In this document: positions 49,058-57,119 of the stretch, piece by piece | How the letters are laid out: every line of letters begins with the position of its first letter | Numbering within the stretch: the first letter of the stretch is position 1 | NCBI GenBank assembly: GCA_964409035.1 | Contig: CAYPBQ010000001.1 | Location: 28,024 to 92,023, forward strand | Direction of reading: 5' to 3' | Length of the DNA stretch: 64,000 nt | Origin: an uncultured Candidatus Saccharibacteria bacterium | GTDB lineage: Bacteria; Patescibacteriota; Minisyncoccia; Phycocordibacterales; UBA12088 | Made by a program: the position numbers and the translations under genes | Notes under the pieces: generated by a model | Database searches by the model: none | The model's input: only the letters and a program-made list of their open reading frames with translations | Told to the model about the DNA's origin: nothing

Positions 49058-49082
49058 AATACGTTATAATCAGCATGTAGAT

Positions 49083-49166
49083 GCCGGGGTGATGAAATGG
49101 TAGACATAGGAGACTTAAAATTTCTGGGGCATTGCGCCCGTGCGGGTTCGAGTCCCGCCCCCGGCA
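49083..49166 (+). tRNA. tRNA-Leu (anticodon TAA), type II
   Basis: Hand-folded: acceptor GCCGGGG/CCCCGGC, anticodon loop CTTAAAA, variable arm GGGGCATTGCGCCCG, T-arm TGCGGG-TTCGAGT-CCCGC. Confidence 0.8.
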
Positions 49167-49168
49167 CA

Positions 49169-50803
49169 CTAAATATTGCCAAACAGTCGAGACAGTAGGT
49201 CTTTCGTACTACACAAAACACTTTTTGCGCCTGTTAACTCTTCGGTCTTTGCACAATAAGAAAAAGTTTTTTGCAGCATATTCCCGGTGTAGTACTCAAC
49301 CGGTGCATAGTTATCGGTAAAAATTATATCATCAGAGAAATCTATTTTTTCAGTTGAAATTTCTTTTTCATGTAGTTCTTGCATTATCACACTTTCATGT
49401 GTGGTTATTTTTTTGCTAAGAAAATCAGGAGTGACGTCACCATTCACTCCCACAAACATTATATTTTGCGGCTCATTGCTCTTAGTTGATACCACCGCAA
49501 AAAAGTAGCTGTTTGGAAATACCTCCTTAAAGGTTTTCATTTCTGACTCAATAAATGAGGGATTCTTCGTTGAAAGGTTTCCGATAAAATTTCCGATAAA
49601 TAATCCATTAGGTGAGAGTTTTTCTTTTGCAAGGATGAAAAACTCCTTAGTAGTAAAGTGTGTTGGAATTGAAAAAAATGTGTAATACACATCACTAAAA
49701 ATAATGTCATATGGTAGAGTCGAATCATTCAAAAATCGACGCCCATCCATGACATGATTGTGAAGTCGTTCTGACTCTTCTAAAAAAAAGTATTCCTTTG
49801 CTCTTTCGTATAACCCAGGCTCAATCTCAACCACATCCACCTCAACATCAGGTAGTTCTGCAATAAGCGCTTTTGGTATTGAATATGCTCCTCCACCAAT
49901 TGAGAGTACACGCTTGGGAGCTAGTTCAAATACATCATACAGCTTGTAGTATCTCGTATAATCAAAAACCAGATCCGTAGGATCTGTTGTATCAAGGTGG
50001 GTTGCTGCAGACGTGGTAAGGTCCTGTGCTAAAAATCGTGTTGGCCGACCCATAAATTCACCATCATATATGGTAATTCTTTCATATAGACCATCATTTT
50101 TGTATACCGCCTCAACTTCAGTGGCCTGAGTAATGTACACAGATGTCCCAACAAAAAAGACAAACAATATGATAGCGATATCAATATTCTTTTTGTATCC
50201 TAGTACCACAAGTGGAACTAAGCCTAACGCAAACAATACCGCACTTACCCCTATCATTATTTCATGTACACCCACTAGCGGAATCAGCACAAAGCCAGCA
50301 AGCAAACTTCCAGAAATACTTCCAAGTGTAGACCAAAAGAATATCACCCCTGACACACTACCAATTCCCTCCCCTTTTAAAAGGTGACTCTGGAGTGTTA
50401 CCGCATAGGGAGAGAGCATACCCATAATAAATGCGGGGAAGAAAAACAAAAGAATAGAAGAAAGTAGTGGGCCAATAGAGATAGACAGGATAGTCCCCAA
50501 TACTGGTAAAAATACCACACCAATAAAATGGAATAGTATGAGCGAAAGTCCGCTCAGTAGAATTAGCCCATAAAAATAAATAAGTGATGGGTGTCTATCA
50601 GCAAGCTTTCCACCCACATAATATCCAACACTTAACGCCGCAAGGATAACGCTGATAATACTTGAAACACTATATATGGTATTTCCGTAAAATGGCGATA
50701 GTATCCTTGTGGCAACAATCTCAACAACAAGCACGCATGCTCCCGTGATAAAGACAACTATTGGTAATGCATTTCTTTTGATAAAAGATCCCATGTGTCT
50801 CAA
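49169..50803 (-). CDS. spermidine-synthase-like aminopropyltransferase fused to an N-terminal multi-TM (MFS-like) domain
   Basis: ~7 N-terminal TM helices. C-terminus VLSIGGGAYSIPK...DIIFSDVY (SAM-dependent PABS fold). Confidence 0.7.
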   Translation of the reverse strand: MRHMGSFIKRNALPIVVFITGACVLVVEIVATRILSPFYGNTIYSVSSIISVILAALSVGYYVGGKLADRHPSLIYFYGLILLSGLSLILFHFIGVVFLPVLGTILSISIGPLLSSILLFFFPAFIMGMLSPYAVTLQSHLLKGEGIGSVSGVIFFWSTLGSISGSLLAGFVLIPLVGVHEIMIGVSAVLFALGLVPLVVLGYKKNIDIAIILFVFFVGTSVYITQATEVEAVYKNDGLYERITIYDGEFMGRPTRFLAQDLTTSAATHLDTTDPTDLVFDYTRYYKLYDVFELAPKRVLSIGGGAYSIPKALIAELPDVEVDVVEIEPGLYERAKEYFFLEESERLHNHVMDGRRFLNDSTLPYDIIFSDVYYTFFSIPTHFTTKEFFILAKEKLSPNGLFIGNFIGNLSTKNPSFIESEMKTFKEVFPNSYFFAVVSTKSNEPQNIMFVGVNGDVTPDFLSKKITTHESVIMQELHEKEISTEKIDFSDDIIFTDNYAPVEYYTGNMLQKTFSYCAKTEELTGAKSVLCSTKDLLSRLFGNI

Positions 50804-50908
50804 AGGTTATTATTGTCTTTTATACTACCACATGTCACAGACTCCATAATTAACTCATTATTTTTAGCACTTTTACGCACCGAATACTCATGATATAGTG
50901 CAAGCCAT

Positions 50909-50990
50909 GCCGAGGTGGCGAAATGGTAGACGCACTTGCCTTAGGAGCAAGCGGGGCAACCCATGGAGGTTCAAGTCCTCTCCTCGGCAC
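50909..50990 (+). tRNA. tRNA-Leu (anticodon TAG), type II
   Basis: Hand-folded: acceptor GCCGAGG/CCTCGGC, anticodon stem CTTGC/GCAAG with loop CTTAGGA, long variable arm, T-loop TTCAAGT. Confidence 0.8.
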
Positions 50991-51189
50991 AATGAACAAA
51001 GGAGTCAAAGCGAGTCAGTCCTCTCCGGGGCACAACTCGACTCATTTGTTTGCTAATGACAAGAGAAGATACTTTAAGAAGTATTGTTTCTCATTTTTTT
51101 GAATTATAGATAGCATTTCTTGACGTTTCTATATTTCATTGTATTATATTTTTGGCGTTTTTTGTCATGACACCCTGAGGGAGGTTGCA

Positions 51190-51837
51190 ATGCGACTCAT
51201 CAGCGCTTTGTTTGTAATTGTTGTTTCTCTGTTCTCTAGCAACACAGCCCTTGCTAGAGAATGTGTCTACGAAAAAGAAGTACCGTCTACACTATATATT
51301 GAAGCAACAGAAATCTTGTATCCTAAGCTCGCGGATGATAACCAAGCAGTTATTGCTGGAATACTTCAAACAGCAGATGAATATTCTCATCTAGCAAAGG
51401 ATTCTACGAGATCACAAGAGGCTCGTGAATTCTCAGAACGCGCGGAACAAGCGTTGCTAAAAATGGTTACAATTCTTGTAAGATCATATGCAGCAATTCC
51501 AGAAATGGAACTTACTGCAGAAAAAATGAAGTTCGAAAAAGAGAATGGCCTCAAAAGTGTATCAGAAGACTTGGAACCACAGGTACGTGCAGTGGCGCGT
51601 ACACTGGTAAGTATTGGCTTAGATGCTAGCAGATTGAGTCTTGAGTTTACAAAGTTGAGTGCGGACATTACAATTTGGAATCTCAAGAACGCAGGCGAAA
51701 TCGAAATGCAGAACGTGCTTTCGCAACTTGATCGCACACTTTGCACATTTGAGTCTACAAATAACATTTTGCAGACAGTGGTGAGTTATGTATCAAACGC
51801 ACTGATGCTTGCCGCGGTCAAGCATCTCAACTACTAG
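51190..51837 (+). CDS. secreted hypothetical protein (signal peptide MRLISALFVIVVSLFSSNTALA)
   Basis: 215 aa from the internal ATG. Followed by a strong terminator. Confidence 0.5.
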   Translation: MRLISALFVIVVSLFSSNTALARECVYEKEVPSTLYIEATEILYPKLADDNQAVIAGILQTADEYSHLAKDSTRSQEAREFSERAEQALLKMVTILVRSYAAIPEMELTAEKMKFEKENGLKSVSEDLEPQVRAVARTLVSIGLDASRLSLEFTKLSADITIWNLKNAGEIEMQNVLSQLDRTLCTFESTNNILQTVVSYVSNALMLAAVKHLNY

Positions 51838-51857
51838 TACCAGAGGTGCCCCAGAGG

Positions 51858-51895
51858 CACACCCCCCAGCTCCGGCTGGGGGGTGCTTTCTTTCT
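51858..51895 (+). terminator. intrinsic terminator gcaccccccagc-tccg-gctggggggtgc + tttctttct
   Basis: 12-bp GC-rich stem plus T-run. Confidence 0.7.
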
Positions 51896-51924
51896 AAGCT
51901 AGACACTTAAGTTACCATTATTAC

Positions 51925-53490
51925 TCAGCACTCAATACAAACATTATTTTTTGTATCTGTACCTTTCTCGCTCTCCTGTAGTATCTGCTCTATAGGTAGT
52001 GGTTTGTCTTGGGTATATGGCAGGTCATGCATGATTGCTATCTCTGCCTTTTGAAGCTCGGCACCAATATCAAGAAGGTGTTCAGGAAGTATAATAAGTT
52101 CTAACTGCGCAATTTTTTTAGCTACCTCACTAGCTGTTTTACCCGACACCGTGAGCAATTCATCACCACTTGGAGTTTTAAAATATGCAGTAATTTTTTT
52201 ATCTTTTGTACTAATGACAAACATGCCTCGCTTATCAGCACTAATTACTGGGTCAAATACAGCATGTGGCTCTCTTTCCCATATTGCGCACTCAACAAGT
52301 TTTTTAGCATCATCCCACTCCCCTTCATAAATATGCGCAGATTGCGAGGTAATTTGAAGACTCCCCATTGGCACGCCCACTTCTGTGGCTATTTTTTTGT
52401 GAAGCGCCCGCAGTCCAAAAGCATTAGGTAATGCGGCCTTAAAAATATCGTGACTCCGTGCGGTAACCAGCATGTGTAATTTTTTATTACTATAGAGTAG
52501 TTGAATGTGTGTGATGCATGGCGGCTCTTTTGAATCCTTATCTATTGCAGGAACTAGCGTAGTTGCGATAGCGCGCCTAGTATCAAGAGAGTCGTTTAGA
52601 GACTTTATAATGATTTCTTTTATTTGGTCGACATCGCCTTGCGTTGTGGGATACCGCATTAACCTATTTCCATACGTGTATGTCACCCCTTGAGGCATAT
52701 CAGCAGAAAGAAACACTGATTTATAGTGATTGATAGCATTCATACTTAGCCCAATAGTTTGCCGTACGCTGCTTGGTAAATCACTTTCAATCATTGGGTT
52801 ATCTGGATCCTCATCATCAACCACCCATGTCACTCCTATAAGCTCTCTTTGTTTGGTGCCATACTGTGTGCCCTTTATCGTTCCATACCTCATAATCCTA
52901 TCCACTACCCGTGTCCATGTAGAAAGCACCCCATTACCGCGCACCACAAAGCCAATATGCTCTGATGGAAATACATCTATCACCTCTGGTACCGCTTCAG
53001 CAAAGCGTACTGGCTCCATATATGGCAAAGCAGGAGTATCAGTGAGCTCACTAACAAAAATAGAGAGGTCTTCATCTGTGGTCTCTATGAGATTTACATG
53101 TGCGATTATTTTTTTAACCACCTCGATGTCAATTTCTTTCTCAATCTTAAAATCGGTACCTACTACCACCCGATCTTCAGTAACGCCATCATGCCACAGC
53201 GCAAGCAATATCTCTCTCCCAGATACACCAAAAGGACTACACGAAAGGGCGCCATGATTCCACAAGTATAGGGTGGTAATCTGCGGATTAAGTGCAAGAT
53301 TTCGCAATAGTATATTTACTCCTTGCCTGCTATATAGGGTACCTATAAGAGCAGCTTTTTTTAGCAAATCAGGGTGGGCATTAATTAGCTTTTCTGGCTC
53401 ATTCCATAATGTGCAAAAGCCAATACTTACGCCTTCACCAAGCCACACCTTGTACTTATCTGGTAGGTAGAGTTTATCGTGAGATATCAC
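51925..53490 (-). CDS. thymidylate synthase (ThyA)-family protein with a ~195-aa N-terminal extension and a ~100-aa C-terminal extension
   Basis: Core matches ThyA: GTQYGTK (cf. DRTGTGT), RRAIATT, the EPPC nucleophile region, ...ARSHDIF..GVPMGSLQ...SAHIYEGEW. Confidence 0.6.
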   Translation of the reverse strand: MISHDKLYLPDKYKVWLGEGVSIGFCTLWNEPEKLINAHPDLLKKAALIGTLYSRQGVNILLRNLALNPQITTLYLWNHGALSCSPFGVSGREILLALWHDGVTEDRVVVGTDFKIEKEIDIEVVKKIIAHVNLIETTDEDLSIFVSELTDTPALPYMEPVRFAEAVPEVIDVFPSEHIGFVVRGNGVLSTWTRVVDRIMRYGTIKGTQYGTKQRELIGVTWVVDDEDPDNPMIESDLPSSVRQTIGLSMNAINHYKSVFLSADMPQGVTYTYGNRLMRYPTTQGDVDQIKEIIIKSLNDSLDTRRAIATTLVPAIDKDSKEPPCITHIQLLYSNKKLHMLVTARSHDIFKAALPNAFGLRALHKKIATEVGVPMGSLQITSQSAHIYEGEWDDAKKLVECAIWEREPHAVFDPVISADKRGMFVISTKDKKITAYFKTPSGDELLTVSGKTASEVAKKIAQLELIILPEHLLDIGAELQKAEIAIMHDLPYTQDKPLPIEQILQESEKGTDTKNNVCIEC

Positions 53491-53510
53491 TCCATGATAG
53501 TATCATCATC

Positions 53511-54185
53511 ATGAGACAGGGTAAATTTATAGTTATTGAAGGCACTGATGGATCAGGAAAAGGAACCCAATTGCAACTTCTCGACACATACCTAAAGGCA
53601 CACAACAAAAGATTTCAAGTAGTGGATTTTCCTCAGTACGACAATTTCTCAAGTGCATTTGTTGCCAAATACTTGAGGGGTGAATACGGCTCTGCAAAAG
53701 AGGTGGGGCCATACCGCGCATCACTTATGTATGCAATTGATCGCTATGACAAATCCTTTGACATTAAAAAATGGTTAGACAATGGCACACTTGTTCTTAG
53801 TAACAGGTATGTATCTGCAAGCATGGGTCATCAAGCAGGAAAGATACAAAACAAGAAAAAGCGAGATGAATACCTCTCTTGGCTTGTCGATCTTGAGTAT
53901 CGAATCTTTGGTATACCAAAGCCAGATGCCACAATACTACTCTACATGCCACCAGAGATAGGTCAGCGCCTAGTAGACAACAAGAAGGCACGAAGCTACA
54001 CCAAAGGTAAGAAGCGGGACATACATGAAGCTGATCTTACCCACCTGCGTGAGGCATCAGAGGCATTTTTGTACGTTGCCAAAAAATATAAGTGGCATGT
54101 GGTTAACTGCACCAACAATGGAGAGTTACTTTCAAGAGAGGAAATCCACCACGCAATACTAGCCATTATAAAAAAGTATATATAG
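53511..54185 (+). CDS. tmk: thymidylate kinase
   Basis: P-loop FIVIEGTDGSGKGTQ, DRY-like motif DRYDKS, and a lid region. Confidence 0.85.
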   Translation: MRQGKFIVIEGTDGSGKGTQLQLLDTYLKAHNKRFQVVDFPQYDNFSSAFVAKYLRGEYGSAKEVGPYRASLMYAIDRYDKSFDIKKWLDNGTLVLSNRYVSASMGHQAGKIQNKKKRDEYLSWLVDLEYRIFGIPKPDATILLYMPPEIGQRLVDNKKARSYTKGKKRDIHEADLTHLREASEAFLYVAKKYKWHVVNCTNNGELLSREEIHHAILAIIKKYI

Positions 54186-54193
54186 CGCATATC

Positions 54194-54290
54194 GCGATAC
54201 ATCGCGATATGTATATTACGAGTGACGCAAATCTGCCTATATCAAATATAGCGATATATCGCGATAGTGTGAGGGCTTTTAATCATGCAA
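54194..54290. repeat. cluster of ATATCGCGATA-type palindromes (3 copies) between tmk and tRNA-Lys
   Basis: catatcgcgatacatcgcgatatg at 54197-54220, and atatatcgcgatag at 54278-54291. Confidence 0.5.
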
Positions 54291-54312
54291 AAATTGCGCT
54301 ATATTGTTCCTA

Positions 54313-54385
54313 TCCGCTCGTAGCTCAGTTGGTAGAGCAACTCCCTCTTAAGGAGATGGTCGGAGGTTCGAATCCTCCCGAGCGG
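54313..54385 (+). tRNA. tRNA-Lys (anticodon CTT)
   Basis: Hand-folded: acceptor CCGCTCG/CGAGCGG, D-arm GCTC-AGTTGGTA-GAGC, anticodon loop CTCTTAA, T-arm GGAGG-TTCGAAT-CCTCC. Confidence 0.85.
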
Positions 54386-54396
54386 ACACGTAAGAA

Positions 54397-54426
54397 CAAA
54401 AAAACTGCCAGTTGGCAGTTTTTTTG
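54397..54426. terminator. bidirectional terminator aaaaaaactgccag-ttggcagttttttt
   Basis: A-run, hairpin, T-run. Lies between tRNA-Lys (+) and the first pilin-like gene (-). Confidence 0.65.
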
Positions 54427-54443
54427 TTCTATCACATATTATT

Positions 54444-54737
54444 TTATAGTGGTATTTCGCTTGGAAAATCAGACCCACTGTCTACCCTAAAGGTATCAAG
54501 TCCTACTCTGATAAGGGCAAATGATGACACCATCACAAAAAGCCCTACCAAACCCCACATCATATGTTGCTTTCCAGTCTCCCTCCCTGTTGAGCTATCT
54601 GCATTTCTGATGAACTCAATCCCACCCCATACAAATAGAAACAAGGCAATAACAGTAAGCGTTCCTATTATGGGGTTTATGATAAATCGATTGATATTAT
54701 CAATAAGCTGTATAAGTTCGAAAGGAAGTGGCTCCAT
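54444..54737 (-). CDS. TrbC/VirB2-like pilin-family small protein (divergent copy, no obvious signal peptide)
   Basis: Two hydrophobic helices separated by a short polar loop (..ALFLFVWGGIEFIRNADSSTGRETGKQHMMWGLVGLFVMVSSFAL..). Confidence 0.55.
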   Translation of the reverse strand: MEPLPFELIQLIDNINRFIINPIIGTLTVIALFLFVWGGIEFIRNADSSTGRETGKQHMMWGLVGLFVMVSSFALIRVGLDTFRVDSGSDFPSEIPL

Positions 54738-54760
54738 TTAACAAATAACCTTAAAAAAAA

Positions 54761-55135
54761 TTAAAATGTGAAGAGATTATTTCCCGTTACATATGGATTA
54801 GGCGCTCTGTCCTCAGCAGATACCCCAAACACATCTCTCAAAAACGCAACCAATCCCCAGATAGATGCAGCAACGAAGAGTGCAATAACGCCCCAGATCA
54901 TGAGGTTCTTTCCTTTCTCTTTATCCTCAGCATCACCAAGCATGTACTTTGCAAGACCCCAGAAGAAGAAGAGGAGAATTGCAGCAAAGGCAACGGGTAT
55001 AAGTACACCAACAACATTACCGATCTCCTGGACGAAGGCGACAATATTATCTGTTTGTGGCTGTGCAAACGCGACAAAAGGTACTAGTAAAAAAATTCCA
55101 AGTAATGAGGCGTTGATTTTAGTAATTTTTTTCAT
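54761..55135 (-). CDS. TrbC/VirB2-like pilin-family protein (signal peptide + two-helix core)
   Basis: Signal peptide, then IPVAFAAILLFFFWGLAKYMLGDAEDKEKGKNLMIWGVIALFVAASIWGLVAFLRDVFGV. Confidence 0.65.
   Translation of the reverse strand: MKKITKINASLLGIFLLVPFVAFAQPQTDNIVAFVQEIGNVVGVLIPVAFAAILLFFFWGLAKYMLGDAEDKEKGKNLMIWGVIALFVAASIWGLVAFLRDVFGVSAEDRAPNPYVTGNNLFTF
54823..54994. repeat. 172-bp block identical to 55229-55400 (a recent duplication or gene conversion between adjacent pilin-like genes)
   Basis: Direct comparison of the two stretches in the sequence. Confidence 0.75.
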
Positions 55136-55170
55136 TGAATGTTATTATTTCCTATAATTTAGTTGCAATT

Positions 55171-55545
55171 TTATTGAATACCTCTTTGCGGCACAGCCAC
55201 AGGGTTGTTAGTTTGATCAAGGTCATTAACCCCAAACACATCTCTCAAAAACGCAACCAATCCCCAGATAGATGCAGCAACGAAGAGTGCAATAACGCCC
55301 CAGATCATGAGGTTCTTTCCTTTCTCTTTATCCTCAGCATCACCAAGCATGTACTTTGCAAGACCCCAGAAGAAGAAGAGGAGAATTGCAGCAAAGGCAA
55401 CAGGTATAAGAATACTTATTACATTTGAAATACCTGTGACAAGATTATCTATATTAGTGAAAGTCACACCGGTACCCTGCCCTAGAGTGGTCTGTGGTAA
55501 TAAAAATAAACTTCCGATTAAGAGTGTTATTTTGCTTTTTATCAT
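55171..55545 (-). CDS. TrbC/VirB2-like pilin-family protein; its core is identical to the previous gene
   Basis: The 172-bp block 55229-55400 is identical to 54823-54994. Confidence 0.65.
   Translation of the reverse strand: MIKSKITLLIGSLFLLPQTTLGQGTGVTFTNIDNLVTGISNVISILIPVAFAAILLFFFWGLAKYMLGDAEDKEKGKNLMIWGVIALFVAASIWGLVAFLRDVFGVNDLDQTNNPVAVPQRGIQ
55229..55400. repeat. second copy of the 172-bp identical block
   Basis: As above. A third, ~85-90% similar copy lies at ~55640-55810. Confidence 0.75.
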
Positions 55546-55576
55546 AAAATGAGGTTATTTAGATAATTATCATCGA

Positions 55577-56002
55577 CTAAAGCGAAAGTACTTCTGGAGT
55601 AACTGTCGGTGAATTTTCGTCAGTTTCAGGATCGACACCAAATACTTCTCCCAAAAACGCAACCAAGCCCCAGATAGATGCTGCAACGAAGAGTGCGATT
55701 ACACCCCAGATCATGAGGTTCTTGCCCTTTTCCTTATCCTCAGCATCGCCAAACATGTACTTTGCAAGACCCCAGAAGAAAAAGAGAAGAATAAGAGCAA
55801 AGGCAATTGGTATCAAAATCCCAACAATCTCACTTACTGCAGATGCAATATCTACTAGACCATTTAAATCTTGCGCTCCCGCTACCAGTGGGAACATTAA
55901 AACAAGAGTTGCTACAGACCCAACAAATCTACTTTTTTTCTTTGTCATATAAAAGCTTGTAATGTTAATGCGCCGAAGCGCTACAGTAATATCTTTATCC
56001 AC
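55577..56002 (-). CDS. TrbC/VirB2-like pilin-family protein
   Basis: Core IPIAFALILLFFFWGLAKYMFGDAEDKEKGKNLMIWGVIALFVAASIWGLVAFLGEVFGV. Confidence 0.65.
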   Translation of the reverse strand: MDKDITVALRRINITSFYMTKKKSRFVGSVATLVLMFPLVAGAQDLNGLVDIASAVSEIVGILIPIAFALILLFFFWGLAKYMFGDAEDKEKGKNLMIWGVIALFVAASIWGLVAFLGEVFGVDPETDENSPTVTPEVLSL

Positions 56003-56066
56003 ATGATACCTTTACCTAGGGCATATGCAATAAATATGTGTGGATAACAATATTTGATTTACCAAG

Positions 56067-56441
56067 TTATATAGAGCTTCCAAAGCTCGGTATGGTAGAT
56101 CGCTCAAGGTTCCATCTATCATAATTTCCATCAACACCTATCACCTCTCTTAGGTATGCCGAGATGCCCCACACCGATGAGGCAACAAATAACGCTATTG
56201 TTCCCCACATTAATAACTCCTTTCCTTCTGTTTTTCCTTCCTCGCCAACAGAAAGAACAAATTTAGCGATACCCCACAGAAACACAAGCAGAATAATCGC
56301 AAACGCAACAGGAATCATGACCGCGATTACTCTTGAAAAGGCAATAAGTATAGATTGCACTGTTTGTGCATGGGTAACCAACGGCACCATGGGTAATAGT
56401 AATGTGCTATAGCCCAGCAATGATGAGAAAATTCTTTTCAT
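56067..56441 (-). CDS. TrbC/VirB2-like pilin-family protein
   Basis: Start taken at the internal ATG (MKRIFSSLLG...signal). Core IPVAFAIILLVFLWGIAKFVLSVGEEGKTEGKELLMWGTIALFVASSVWGISAYL. Confidence 0.6.
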   Translation of the reverse strand: MKRIFSSLLGYSTLLLPMVPLVTHAQTVQSILIAFSRVIAVMIPVAFAIILLVFLWGIAKFVLSVGEEGKTEGKELLMWGTIALFVASSVWGISAYLREVIGVDGNYDRWNLERSTIPSFGSSI

Positions 56442-56443
56442 AA

Positions 56444-56698
56444 TTACCCAAAAAAAGTTTGTCGTAAGATTCGAACCAGCCCCCACACCGTGCCGAGGAT
56501 AAACATAATGATCACCCCCCAAAAGATGCGGTACTTCCCTTCTGAGCGCGCCTTACTATCACCCGCAGAAAATATAAACACCGCCACTCCCCAAAAAAAG
56601 AGTAGTAGTGCCGCGCTAAACGCAAGGGTAATACCAAGCCCCGCAATATCGGAAATGATACACAGTATTTCTCGTAGATCTCCTCCTGAACATCCCAT
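56444..56698 (-). CDS. TrbC/VirB2-like pilin-family small protein (84 aa, no signal peptide)
   Basis: ..LAFSAALLLFFWGVAVFIFSAGDSKARSEGKYRIFWGVIIMFILGTVWGLVRIL. Confidence 0.55.
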   Translation of the reverse strand: MGCSGGDLREILCIISDIAGLGITLAFSAALLLFFWGVAVFIFSAGDSKARSEGKYRIFWGVIIMFILGTVWGLVRILRQTFFG

Positions 56699-56717
56699 AA
56701 TATATTGATTACACGCC

Positions 56718-57098
56718 CTATATCGTACCGGGCGCTATGTTGTTAACGGTCGCTCGTATAGCGGTAGATAATGCATATGAACCGAGGATAAGTAGCGCAC
56801 CAATAATGGTATAGATAAGATACTCCTTTGCCTGAGAAATTTTAGCAGGGTTGCCTTGTGCGGTAAGAAACAGAAAGCCGGTGTAGACAATAAAGAGCAC
56901 CGTAATAGGAAACATAATTGCCATAAAGGCAGAAAGTACAACCCTAAGAAGCCCTGTCATGTCAGTTATCCCTCTTTCCTCTAAGGGATTTCTGAGCCCT
57001 GGCCCAGCAAGAGCGGGATCAACAGCAGAAAAAAGTAGCGCGAGGAAAAACACAAACACCAGTACTGAGGAAAGAATATACTGTCGTTGTGTGTTCAT
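56718..57098 (-). CDS. TrbC/VirB2-like pilin-family protein
   Basis: Signal/TM, then ..MAIMFPITVLFIVYTGFLFLTAQGNPAKISQAKEYLIYTIIGALLILGSYAL.. Confidence 0.55.
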   Translation of the reverse strand: MNTQRQYILSSVLVFVFFLALLFSAVDPALAGPGLRNPLEERGITDMTGLLRVVLSAFMAIMFPITVLFIVYTGFLFLTAQGNPAKISQAKEYLIYTIIGALLILGSYALSTAIRATVNNIAPGTI

Positions 57099-57119
57099 AT
57101 ATATATTTATAGTACGCCA

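Noticed and set aside
48716-49320. Three track ORFs (48716-48907 -, 48969-49169 -, 49132-49320 +)
   Set aside because: They overlap tRNA-Cys, tRNA-Leu(TAA) and the 63-bp direct repeats. Translating through tRNA genes and repeats is spurious.
54209-54490. 93-aa + ORF
   Set aside because: It spans tRNA-Lys and its terminator hairpin.
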